64,000 nt of DNA. Origin: an uncultured Planctomycetales bacterium (GTDB lineage Bacteria; Omnitrophota; Gorgyraeia; Gygaellales; Profunditerraquicolaceae). Numbering within the stretch: the first letter of the stretch is position 1; each line of letters starts with the position of its first letter. This document shows, in pieces, positions 18,301 through 26,936 of the stretch. Location: the NCBI GenBank assembly GCA_964545575.1, contig CAZJFL010000003.1:55000-118999 (forward strand), in the 5' to 3' direction. The position numbers and the translations under genes were made by a program. Below the pieces are notes generated by a model. That model did not search any database. It saw only the letters and a program-made list of their open reading frames with translations, and was not told where the DNA came from.

Positions 18301-19963
18301 CGTACTTTCCACCATGGACCACTTCAATAATCTCAGGGTTGAGGTTATGGCTATCCCGGACCAAGACCTCGTCAATATTATGGATATTGGAAGGTATGCT
18401 GATATACCAGGGTTTCCCGAGTTCGGAAGCATAAAGCTTGATTGTATCTGCGGGAGTGCCCTGGATAGTAGTTAAACCCTCAAAAGTATAGGTTTTTCCG
18501 GATTCAAAATAGATTTCCTTGCCCGGGATAGTGCAATTAAAGTTATAAAAGGTGATATTGCCGTATAAATAGGTAGGCTCCTGCCCTAAAAGAGTGACTT
18601 TATTCGCCTCTAAGGTAAGATTAGTATCTTTATTATAGATTATCGCGCCGAAGCCATCTGGCGGGCCGCGCAGCATAATACTGGTTCCGATTCCTAAACT
18701 ATCTAAGATATTAATATCTCCTTGAGTTCTGTTTATATAGATAAGCGCTGCATCTATCACTAAAGGCGCATCTATTGTTCCGAATTGCTTGGCAAATATT
18801 TTAACCTGATTGGCCTGAATAATTACCCCGGGAGCGGTGTTTATCGGAGGATCCCCTTCGTAAGTCACCGGGTCCTCGGGAAGGATGACTTCCACTTTCT
18901 CTGCATTAATGGTGATGAGCTTATCCGCCATGATCAAACCACCCTGTAAAAGGTTGACTGCCTGGATACTGATGAGATCATCAAAACCTTGGGAAGCTTG
19001 AGTGATTATATTGCCTTTATTAATGAAATCTGTACCTTGGGCGTTGACTTCTATCTTACCTGCTTCTAATCTGCCGCTATTAATTATGGGCGCACCCGCG
19101 GCTACCAGTTCAATTACGCCATTACGGTTAACCATATTATTTGCCTGAATTAAGCCCGTATTATTAATCGCATAATCAAAGACGCCATTTAAGACACTAG
19201 CCGTTAAAATAACTTTGCCGCCGTTGGCAGAGATTGTTCCTGAATTTTTAAGCGCAGAATCAAATCCGGAAATGGCTTCTTTTACCGGCCCGTCAACGAC
19301 TACCGAGATTGACCCTAAATTATCCAAAGCTAAGGTCATCTTCTCACCCGAAGCCAAAACCACCGTTCCTAAATCCGCCAGAATTAACCCTTGATTATCT
19401 ATTGCCCCGGATAAAAGGCAGATATATCCGCCCGGACTTCTGATTTGGCCCTGATTGACAATATAACCGTTTCCGGCACCCTTCTTGTAAAAATCATACT
19501 TACCATTTAAGAAATCATCATTAGAAATATCTAAGGTTGAAGCAAGTAATCCGGCAACATCTACCCTTGAATTTGGCCCGAATAAGATTCCGTTAGGATT
19601 AATAATAAAGATGCGTCCGGTAGCAGTTAAAATACCAAAGAGGCTGGAAGGATCAATACCCGTTACCCGGTTTAAGGCAATGCTTGAGGAAGAAGGCTGA
19701 ATAAAATGCACTGCTTCAGCTTGAGCAATAGAGAAACTGTTATAATTGACGATGAGTTTGTCTGAAGTGGTGCTGATAGTCAAGGTTTCTGCGCTTGTGC
19801 GGTCAAAAGTAGCCGAACCGCTGACTACGCTTTCGCCTTCAGGCAGACACCAAATAAATGAGGAACTGCCTAATACTATCAGGCTCGCCAAAATCAAAAT
19901 CAGAGAACCTTTAAAGAGGATTGTTTTTTTCATCTTCTTTTCCCTAATGGTAATGCCTATCAT
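15359..19963 (-). CDS. Large secreted exoprotein with filamentous-haemagglutinin-type TPS (two-partner secretion) N-terminal domain and beta-helical repeats
   Basis: 1534 aa with a signal peptide. The N-terminal domain has the haemagglutination-activity/TPS motifs (FIINPNGILFG, ALNRV). The body consists of about 7 repeats of ~95 aa (IDGSFLGFLxxNTxxLS..STxGNITV...GIYLYAAG) rich in G/N/T/S. Confidence 0.75.
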   Translation of the reverse strand: MIGITIREKKMKKTILFKGSLILILASLIVLGSSSFIWCLPEGESVVSGSATFDRTSAETLTISTTSDKLIVNYNSFSIAQAEAVHFIQPSSSSIALNRVTGIDPSSLFGILTATGRIFIINPNGILFGPNSRVDVAGLLASTLDISNDDFLNGKYDFYKKGAGNGYIVNQGQIRSPGGYICLLSGAIDNQGLILADLGTVVLASGEKMTLALDNLGSISVVVDGPVKEAISGFDSALKNSGTISANGGKVILTASVLNGVFDYAINNTGLIQANNMVNRNGVIELVAAGAPIINSGRLEAGKIEVNAQGTDFINKGNIITQASQGFDDLISIQAVNLLQGGLIMADKLITINAEKVEVILPEDPVTYEGDPPINTAPGVIIQANQVKIFAKQFGTIDAPLVIDAALIYINRTQGDINILDSLGIGTSIMLRGPPDGFGAIIYNKDTNLTLEANKVTLLGQEPTYLYGNITFYNFNCTIPGKEIYFESGKTYTFEGLTTIQGTPADTIKLYASELGKPWYISIPSNIHNIDEVLVRDSHNLNPEIIEVVHGGKYGSIVGWHLDPEWVGAGGFPPGDGIFWSDPLNWNPQIPPDGQDIIFNTTSDDTIMNMPGLTINSLIITSGFSGSITLAGGLNINGPYSQDSGEVNCGSFTLAVGGSFILNSGAIFNAQSSNISVGGNFTLSEAATFDPGNSLVTFNGGSTPTITPGGHPFYDVIISNPIGLVGPLEAARNINVNASITVTGTDFIFVADSDYNGDGDFTQANGTSITVATSGDIKIFGHNVILGVPGTYNLNAAGSVYISASGSIYCIGGGASSVITGGQDVNLHASLNITCGTITATGGKIYVYADNNVTVAQANASTATTGAVYLYADYDQNKTGTLSNNILINSPNIYLKKAQLFNIDGSFLGFLINNTGVLSLYSTNGNITVAVGARISGRNNIYLYATGDITVNADIISDNAVGGHVYLYADQDKDKAGQLYIGGVGTKIDAAYAYLQGAGFQGTGSFTIDGSFLGFLTSNTQLLSITSTAGNITVTTDISRTQGIYLYGAENITVGVGGPVALSVTSGSGKIYVYAAYGDSVGAISGQISYTLGTFNAANIYFQGAQNFTIDLTFLNKLAYSGGAADVLSINALKAEVAATGDITVTTAISRNTGIYLYAAGILTLNPLSATAITAPCAYLLADNDKDGSGALNLNNKYVEAAKIYLQSAPDGAAIMFIDAAFLGFLINNTGVLSVCSTNGDITVSAPIARNDGVYLFAAGTLTVNRTTISTNDTINGAIYLYADNDKKGSGSLTFITPPTIMVTAPYIYLQGANPTGFTLSALLPRLSNYSGGLGITSTAAAGTIVVDSQLSGLTAIYILAYGDVTLNQSIAADKIYLYANYDKSGGGSLTLNNTATSSYIYLQSADSLTANTSFLSHFIGNKGLAITSTGGSITLTGGFSFGPHDWISLYAAGSISLEAVGITTIDRLYLHAGGLISFLDADIFDNTRIDVYSGVGFSFLDANSRMDLGSDYSKIIFPGYKLLVGDEDHWYLR

Positions 19964-20379
19964 TTATTATCCTTCAATAAAAAAGCCCACTCTGTATCCT
20001 ACTAGAATGGGCTTATAGTTTTTTATTGCTTTGTTTCGGCAACTGACTGCCATACCCCATCTTAGGGGGTTTAGGCTCTAGAGTTTTGCGCCCCATCCTT
20101 TCGGATAGTTTACCTTTATCGTCTTACATATAAAGTATAACAGCTCTTGTGCAACTTGTCAACTTACACATCACTGTATTTTAGAGGCACATGCCCCGCC
20201 CTCTGCGGGGATGTCCCTAAACCTATCGGTACCTTGCCCTAAATGATGGGCAAGTATCCCACCGCCTGTGGGAATGGTTTATGCACCCTGCAATTCAAAA
20301 AATTAACCAAGAGATAAGCTGCCTAATCTATTGACTTGGAGCTCTTAATATGCTATTTTATGGGCTAAAGGAGAAACTT

Positions 20380-22065
20380 ATGAACTGGAAAAAAACAAAA
20401 TTCCTCTTTTCTCTATACTGGATAAAAATAACCGTTATTTCCGTAATAATTATCCTCTTGATAACAACGGTAATTATCGTTTCTTCGGGAATGCGCGCGT
20501 GGAACGAATCAGAATCGTACCTGCGTCAATCCCAGCTTGCGATGATGCCTCTGCAGATGTACATGTGGCTTATCATGGGATTAGTCCAGGCAGTAGTTTT
20601 TACCTACATGTATTACTGGATGTTCTTTAAAAAGGGGGCGAGCGGTTTCACTCAATCTCATAAAAAATCAATTGCCGGACAGGATATCGGGATCAAGTGG
20701 ACTGATGTCATCGGCATGGATGAAGCAAAACAAGAGGCGCTGGAAGTGGTTAAACTGATTAAAGACCGCGCGGAACTGCAGCGTATCGGCGGAAAAATAT
20801 TACGCGGAATCTTAGCGCTTGGGCCGCCGGGTTGCGGAAAAACCTATCTTGCCAAGGCGATCGCCACGGAAGCAGGCATGCCTTTCATCTCTATGTCCGG
20901 TTCGGAGTTCGTAGAGATGTTTGTGGGTGTGGGTGCCGGCAGAATCCGCAGTCTATTCAAAAAGGCGCGCCAATTAGCAGAATTAGAAGGTGGATGTATC
21001 ATCTTTATCGACGAAATAGATGCGGTAGGCGCACAACGCGCTGCCGATCCCGGATTCGGAGGGCAAACCGAAACCAACACCACCTTAAACCAGTTGCTGG
21101 TAGAGATGGACGGCCTGAAAGAAAAAGACGTAAATGTGGTCATCATCGGTGCTACAAATATGCCGGAAGCCTTTCTGGATGCAGCCCTGCTTCGCCCGGG
21201 GAGATTCGACCGTAAGCTCTACGTAGATAAGCCTAGCCTCGAAGACCGGGAGAAATTATTCGCTTATTATCTGGGAAAAGTCAGATACGATACGAATGAC
21301 GTAAAGATCGACCGCCTGGCGCGCATAACCGTCGGGCAAAGCCCGGCAGACATTGCTAATATCGTCAGGGAAGCGGCATTAATAGCCGTGCGCAATAAAC
21401 GCACCGCTATCGGCATGAAAGATATCGACGATGCCCGCGAAAGGATCGCCTTAGGCATCAAGCGTAGAATAAAGATGACCGAAAAAGAAAAATGGCAGGT
21501 GGCTTATCATGAGGCAGGACACGCTATTGTTACCTATATGCTCGTGCCTTCCAAAGACGTCTTTAAAATTACTATCACTCCCCGCGGGCATACCGGAGGA
21601 GCGACCTGGATCCCCGAGCGCGAAGAGACATTTATCGAGGACCAGAAACAACTTTTAAGCGAAATCAAAATTGCGCTCGGCTCTTATGCTGCGGAAAAAA
21701 TAAAACTCGGATTTACCACCTCCGGGGTAGGGGGTGATTTTGCCAATGCCCTCTATACCGCTCACAATATGGTCTGGCGTGTGGGGATGGGAAAATCGGG
21801 ATTAATCGGAGATTTTCACGCCCTGGATTTTTATCGGCGTATGGGCGGCACTGCCACACCCATATCCGAAGAAACCAAAAGCCGTTTAGACCGCGACGTG
21901 CAGGAGATAATGCAAGGTTGCTTGCAGGAAGTAACGGAATTATTAAAAAAAGAAGAGCCCCTACTTGACCGCCTGGCAAAAGAGCTGATCCTTAAAGAAG
22001 AACTTAATTATGACGAAATCGAGGCCATTTTTAAAGAGTTCGGCAAAGTGCGGCCTTCTGCTTAA
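20380..22065 (+). CDS. ftsH: FtsH-family ATP-dependent zinc metalloprotease
   Basis: Two N-terminal TM helices. AAA motifs GPPGCGKTYLAKAIA and IIFIDEIDAVG, SRH region, and HEAGHAI zinc motif. The likely start is ATG 20380 (GGAG 7 nt upstream); the ORF track begins at 20350. Confidence 0.85.
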   Translation: MNWKKTKFLFSLYWIKITVISVIIILLITTVIIVSSGMRAWNESESYLRQSQLAMMPLQMYMWLIMGLVQAVVFTYMYYWMFFKKGASGFTQSHKKSIAGQDIGIKWTDVIGMDEAKQEALEVVKLIKDRAELQRIGGKILRGILALGPPGCGKTYLAKAIATEAGMPFISMSGSEFVEMFVGVGAGRIRSLFKKARQLAELEGGCIIFIDEIDAVGAQRAADPGFGGQTETNTTLNQLLVEMDGLKEKDVNVVIIGATNMPEAFLDAALLRPGRFDRKLYVDKPSLEDREKLFAYYLGKVRYDTNDVKIDRLARITVGQSPADIANIVREAALIAVRNKRTAIGMKDIDDARERIALGIKRRIKMTEKEKWQVAYHEAGHAIVTYMLVPSKDVFKITITPRGHTGGATWIPEREETFIEDQKQLLSEIKIALGSYAAEKIKLGFTTSGVGGDFANALYTAHNMVWRVGMGKSGLIGDFHALDFYRRMGGTATPISEETKSRLDRDVQEIMQGCLQEVTELLKKEEPLLDRLAKELILKEELNYDEIEAIFKEFGKVRPSA

Positions 22066-22912
22066 TATATTAGTTATCGCCTTTCTATTCTCGGGTTGTT
22101 CATCATCTACCGCGCCTACCTACCTTAAAGAAAATATCCCCCAGGCAATCCAGAACATCTGCAAAGAAGAATATAAGTTTGATATCCGGGCCAAGTTAGT
22201 AGGAGAAACTCTCTGGCTTTACCTTCCGGTTGAAGATATGTTTACGGCACTGGATAAAAAAGATAAGGCCGATAAATACCTGGATAGATTTAACATCGAG
22301 GAGAATAAAAATACGCTGGAAAAAGGAGAATTAAAATTAGAATACAATATTAAAGAAATCCCCGAAAAAGAGAAATACCAGGAATATAATTACAATAAAA
22401 AAGTTGCCGAGCAGATAAACAACGTAATTATGGTTTTGCGGCGCGTAGTCTTAAGCCTGGACCGCTCTAAAAAGGATGAACCGAAGTTTTATTGCCTGGT
22501 GGTTGCGGATATCAAAAACGGCTTCCAGATGCAGGAGATAATGTACTATGCTGACTTAAGAAAGGTATCTTACGGGTTTATCTCTATCGGTGAATATCAG
22601 CACCGCACTACGCAAGACTTGGTTATAGAACCGAAGGCGATCGGCGATAAGAAAGGGTTCTATCTTGATTACAGGAATCTTTCTTTAGCTGATTTTATTC
22701 TTGCCCAGATAGGGCAACGCATAAAATTAAAATTCAGCAAGCCGGAAGTAGAAAAGAATGCTGATATCGATAAGGAAATCATCAAAATAGTTGCCTACAC
22801 CATAAAAATTTACGGTTTTAAGGATTTCCAGACCCTGGAATTAAACAACCTGGCAACAGGCAAAAAGACTAGCTTTAATACTGCGGCGATTTGGGCGAGG
22901 CCTACGGAATAA
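22010..22912 (+). CDS. Hypothetical lipoprotein
   Basis: 300 aa. Signal peptide with lipobox LFSGC. Lys/Glu-rich mature part. Overlaps the ftsH 3' end. Confidence 0.45.
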   Translation: MTKSRPFLKSSAKCGLLLNILVIAFLFSGCSSSTAPTYLKENIPQAIQNICKEEYKFDIRAKLVGETLWLYLPVEDMFTALDKKDKADKYLDRFNIEENKNTLEKGELKLEYNIKEIPEKEKYQEYNYNKKVAEQINNVIMVLRRVVLSLDRSKKDEPKFYCLVVADIKNGFQMQEIMYYADLRKVSYGFISIGEYQHRTTQDLVIEPKAIGDKKGFYLDYRNLSLADFILAQIGQRIKLKFSKPEVEKNADIDKEIIKIVAYTIKIYGFKDFQTLELNNLATGKKTSFNTAAIWARPTE

Positions 22913-23510
22913 CCTTTACTATCCTTCCCTCTGTTTTTAACTTACCTTCCAGAAATAATCTTAGGGCTTCGGGATAAAGCTTATGTTCAACTTTGTGAAT
23001 TTTAGCCTCTAAACTCTCTAAGGTATCGGATTCTTCTATTCTTACCGGCGCCTGAAGGATAATCGGGCCGTGGTCGGTCTTTTCATCCACAAAATGCACC
23101 GTGACACCCGTAACTTTTACGCCGTATTCGAAAGCGTCCTTTAACCCGGCGGCACCTTTAAAAGAAGGAAGCAGCGCCGGGTGGATATTGATAATTTTAT
23201 TTCTATAGCTATTGATCAGGTCGCTTCCTAAAACGCGCATAAAGCCGGCCAAAATCACCAGATCAATTTTATTTTCTTCCAGGCGCCGGATAATTTCTCT
23301 TTCAAATTCCTGCCTGCTGGCAAAATCTTCTCTTTTGATCAGGGCGATTTTTACGCCGGCGCGTTTTGCCTTGGCTAATACCGGAGCCTTAGGGTTGTCA
23401 GAAACCAATAAAGACAGATTAGCCTTGACCCTGCCGCTTTTTACGGCGCGGGCAATTGCCGAAAAATTCGTCCCTCTACCGGAGGCAAAAACCGCAATAT
23501 TGCTCATCAT
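22902..23510 (-). CDS. purN: Phosphoribosylglycinamide formyltransferase
   Basis: 202 aa. The formyl-transferase N-domain motifs are present: IAVFASGRGTNF, DLVILAGFMRVL, INIHPALLPSFKG. Confidence 0.85.
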   Translation of the reverse strand: MMSNIAVFASGRGTNFSAIARAVKSGRVKANLSLLVSDNPKAPVLAKAKRAGVKIALIKREDFASRQEFEREIIRRLEENKIDLVILAGFMRVLGSDLINSYRNKIINIHPALLPSFKGAAGLKDAFEYGVKVTGVTVHFVDEKTDHGPIILQAPVRIEESDTLESLEAKIHKVEHKLYPEALRLFLEGKLKTEGRIVKVIP

Positions 23511-24292
23511 CTGGTCCTTATCGTTTTCATCGGGCAGACCTTAATGCACTCCCCGCAGGAAGTACACTTATTATAATCTATAACTGCTAAATTGTCTATT
23601 ACATGTATGGCATCGGCAGGGCAGGCCTTCTCGCAAAGCTTACAGGCAATACAGCCTACGGAGCAGACGGCTTTGGTATCTTTACCGGAATCATGGGAGC
23701 TGCAGGCAACATAAACTTTAGACGTCACCGGGACCAGGGCGAATAATTTATTGGGGCAGATGAGCACGCATTTATTGCAAGCTTTGCATTTCTTAGGGTC
23801 GACGACGGGTAACTCTTCATCAGACATCTTCAGGGCGCCAAAGGGGCAGACTTTAACGCAGGTGCCAAAACCTAAACAACCCCAAACGCAATTCTTTGGC
23901 CCGCCTAAAACTAAATGCGCAGCTACGCAGTCGTCTATTCCCTTATATATAAACCTATTCCTTACTCTCCTGCCGCCTGCGCAATAGAGGGTTGCGATTT
24001 TTCTTACCCTCTTTTCTAATGATTCGCCTAATATTTTGGCGATTTGCTCCTTTGTTTCCTCCCCGGCCACGCGGCAGGCGTCGGGTAAAAACTTTCCGGA
24101 AAGCAGGCCTTCGGCAAAACCAAAACACCCTGCCCCTCCGCAGGCGCCGCAGTTTGAGCCAGGCAGCAACCCGTGGATCTGCTCTAAGCGCGGATCAATC
24201 TTAACCGCTAACTTTCTGGAGGCAATGGCCAGGCCTACGCCGAATGCCAAACCTAAAAACCCCAAAGTCAAAATTGGAATTAAAATATCCAT
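23507..24292 (-). CDS. rnfB: Rnf complex subunit B (polyferredoxin)
   Basis: N-terminal TM plus CGACGGAGC cluster, then several CxxCxxCxxxCP ferredoxin motifs. Confidence 0.8.
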   Translation of the reverse strand: MDILIPILTLGFLGLAFGVGLAIASRKLAVKIDPRLEQIHGLLPGSNCGACGGAGCFGFAEGLLSGKFLPDACRVAGEETKEQIAKILGESLEKRVRKIATLYCAGGRRVRNRFIYKGIDDCVAAHLVLGGPKNCVWGCLGFGTCVKVCPFGALKMSDEELPVVDPKKCKACNKCVLICPNKLFALVPVTSKVYVACSSHDSGKDTKAVCSVGCIACKLCEKACPADAIHVIDNLAVIDYNKCTSCGECIKVCPMKTIRTR

Positions 24293-24900
24293 TAGAACCT
24301 GAATCCGTTAAATCCCATAAAACTTAAGCTCATAATCGAAGCGATGATAAAGGCAAGGGGGAATTCTTTTACCGCCTGCGGGACATCGCAGAGGTCAAGC
24401 CGCTCTCTGATTCCGGACATCAGGAGCATCGCCAGGGTATAGCCTAAGCCTACGCAGATACCCTGAAATAGCGAATAGATGAAGCTTCCCGGGACGGCTT
24501 TACCTTTTACAAAAAACATATCCGAGTTTAAGACTGCTACCCCTAAGACAGCGCAGTTGACGGTGATCAGCGGCAGGTATATCCCGAAAAATCTATACAT
24601 CGGCGGGCTGATTTTCCTGATGACCATTTCGACTAACTGCACAAAGGTAGCGATGACCAGAATAAAAGAAATGGTGCGCAGATACGTCAGCCCAAAAGGG
24701 ATAAGCAGAAATCTATAAATCGCCCAGGTAATGATGGAGGCCATGGTGGTCACAAACATGACCGATAAACTCATCGCCAGGGCGGGCTTCGTTTCCTTAG
24801 AGATAGCGATGAAAGAACACAAGCCCAGAAAACGGGAGAGGATAACGTTATAGATAAAGACTGCGGAAATAAAAATAGTCAGCAATTGCGCGGGATTCAT
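24292..24900 (-). CDS. rnfA: Rnf complex subunit A
   Basis: Matches the RnfA/NqrE pattern (FLGLC..., LPLITVNCAVLGVA, IRERL). Confidence 0.85.
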   Translation of the reverse strand: MNPAQLLTIFISAVFIYNVILSRFLGLCSFIAISKETKPALAMSLSVMFVTTMASIITWAIYRFLLIPFGLTYLRTISFILVIATFVQLVEMVIRKISPPMYRFFGIYLPLITVNCAVLGVAVLNSDMFFVKGKAVPGSFIYSLFQGICVGLGYTLAMLLMSGIRERLDLCDVPQAVKEFPLAFIIASIMSLSFMGFNGFRF

Positions 24901-25490
24901 GTTTTCCTGTTTTTTAAAAGGTTAAAAAATCCCAATAACAGGCCGATGACTAAAAGCGCGCCTGATGGCATGCCTAAGACAAATACCGGCTCAAAACCTT
25001 TGAATATACCATGCCCTAAAAGTTTTCCTGCCCCTAAAAATTCCCTGATCCCCGAGATCAGTAGAAGCGCTAAGGTAAACCCGACACCCATGCCTAAACC
25101 GTCGAGCAGAGAATTTAAGACACTGCTTTTCTGAGCAAAGGCCTCGGCGCGGCCTAAGACGATGCAGTTCACCACGATTAAAGGCACATAAATTCCCAGC
25201 GCGCGGTCTAAGACAGGGCTGTAAGCCTTCATGGTCATCTCGGCGATAGTAACAAAGGTGGCGATGACTACGATAAAACAAGGGATACGGATCCTATCCG
25301 GAATAAAATTCTTTATTAGCGAAATAATAATGTTGGAACCTAAGAGTACGAAGGTCGCGGCTATCCCCATGCCGATACCGTTGATTAAAGATACCGAGAC
25401 TGCCAGCGTCGGGCATAAGCCCAAAGCCAGGACAAAAGTGGGATTCTCTTTAATGATCCCTTTTGTAAATTCGGCGAAATATTTTTTCAT
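24897..25490 (-). CDS. rnfE: Rnf complex subunit E
   Basis: Matches the RnfE/NqrD pattern (ALGLCPTLAVS, IVVNCIVLGRAEAFA). Confidence 0.85.
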   Translation of the reverse strand: MKKYFAEFTKGIIKENPTFVLALGLCPTLAVSVSLINGIGMGIAATFVLLGSNIIISLIKNFIPDRIRIPCFIVVIATFVTIAEMTMKAYSPVLDRALGIYVPLIVVNCIVLGRAEAFAQKSSVLNSLLDGLGMGVGFTLALLLISGIREFLGAGKLLGHGIFKGFEPVFVLGMPSGALLVIGLLLGFFNLLKNRKT

Positions 25491-26422
25491 CTTGTTCCGT
25501 AAACCCTGTTTTTGGTGTAGCGGTCGATGATCGGTGTGGCGGCATTCATCATTAGGATGGCATAAGAGACGCCTTCCGGATACCCTCCCCAGAGGCGGAT
25601 AACCGCAGTCAAAATACCGCAGCCGATGCCAAAAATAATCTGGCCTTTTCGGGTCAAGGGAGAAGTAACGTAGTCCGTAGCCATAAAAAACGCCCCCAGG
25701 ATCAGGCCGCCGGATAAAATATGGAATAGCCAGTCTCCGCTAAACAAGGCTTTTCCCGCAAAGACGTAAACGAATATTCCTGTGGTAGCGATGTATGTTA
25801 CGGGTATATGCCAGGATATATAGCCCCGGATTAAAAGAAAGGCTGCGCCCAGAAGCAGCGCTAATATACAAACCTCTCCGATGCAACCGCCGCGTTTACC
25901 TAAAAATAAATCTAAATAAGAAATATTCTCTAATATTTTACCTTCCCTGAGCGCTGCTAAGGGGGTAGCCTGGGTTATGGCATCAAAGGGCTTGGTAAAG
26001 GCAGTCATATACTTTGGCCAGGAAGCCATGAGAAATACGCGGCCCACTAAAGCCGGATTAAAGATATTCTGGCCCAGCCCGCCAAAGATTTGTTTTCCAA
26101 TGGCAATGGCAAAGAAGGAACCCGCGATAGGAAGCCAAAACGGCACTTTCGGCGGCAGGTTATAAGCCAGCAATAAGCCGGTGAGAATTGCGCTACCGTC
26201 AAAGATGGTTAATTTTCTTTTGGTTAATAGCTGTAAAACTCCCTCCGTAATTACCGCGGCAGAGATGCCTAAAATAATTACCCAGAGAGCGCTCTTTCCA
26301 AAGATCCATATCCCGGCAATACCCGCGGGGATTAAGCTAAGTACTGCCAGCCACATGATTTTACTGGTAGACTCCTTAGTATGTATGTGCGGGGAAGTAG
26401 AAACTATAAAGTTATTTTGCAT
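25487..26422 (-). CDS. rnfD: Rnf complex subunit D
   Basis: 311 aa polytopic. The N-terminus STSPHIHTKESTSKIMW matches the RnfD/NqrB family. Confidence 0.85.
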   Translation of the reverse strand: MQNNFIVSTSPHIHTKESTSKIMWLAVLSLIPAGIAGIWIFGKSALWVIILGISAAVITEGVLQLLTKRKLTIFDGSAILTGLLLAYNLPPKVPFWLPIAGSFFAIAIGKQIFGGLGQNIFNPALVGRVFLMASWPKYMTAFTKPFDAITQATPLAALREGKILENISYLDLFLGKRGGCIGEVCILALLLGAAFLLIRGYISWHIPVTYIATTGIFVYVFAGKALFSGDWLFHILSGGLILGAFFMATDYVTSPLTRKGQIIFGIGCGILTAVIRLWGGYPEGVSYAILMMNAATPIIDRYTKNRVYGTR

Positions 26423-26936
26423 TTTTCAGTATACCCTCTAAATCTTGCGCTCTCTTTTTTACGGCATCTATCACTGCCCGGGAAGAAATCGTAGCTCCGG
26501 TAATGGCCTGCACTTCGCTTAAGCCCGGGATGTCTTTGCCGCTAAATTGAGCGGCAAATTTCGAATCCGCAACGTTAGCCCCCAGCCCCGGGGTTTCATT
26601 TTGGCTTAGTACCTTTATAGCGGTGATTTTTCCGTCCTTGGCCATGCCTACCATAGTCTCAACGATACTAGAATAGCCTTTACCCGCAGCCTTAAAAGCC
26701 AGGCCGATTAATTTTCCGTTTTTATCATGGGCCTTGTAATAAAGGATGTCGTTACCGGATTTTACGGCCTCAAAATGCTCGGCGAGGGGCATTACCTCTT
26801 TGAGGCTGGCCTCTTCCTCTGCCTCTGCCTGCGCAAGGATGCGGGATTTAGTCAAAACATTCACTCCTGCCAGAAGCCCGCTTGCCACCACGCAGATTAC
26901 CGCCAAGATAAAACCATAACGGATCATTTCTTTCAC
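26412..26936 (-). CDS. rnfG: Rnf complex subunit G (FMN-binding)
   Basis: 174 aa. One TM and an FMN_bind domain with the TGATISS covalent-FMN site. Confidence 0.8.
   Translation of the reverse strand: MKEMIRYGFILAVICVVASGLLAGVNVLTKSRILAQAEAEEEASLKEVMPLAEHFEAVKSGNDILYYKAHDKNGKLIGLAFKAAGKGYSSIVETMVGMAKDGKITAIKVLSQNETPGLGANVADSKFAAQFSGKDIPGLSEVQAITGATISSRAVIDAVKKRAQDLEGILKNAK

Noticed and set aside
20832-21215. Arg-rich 127-aa ORF and antisense 100-aa ORF inside ftsH
   Set aside because: Alternate-frame or antisense overlaps of a strongly supported AAA+ protease gene.
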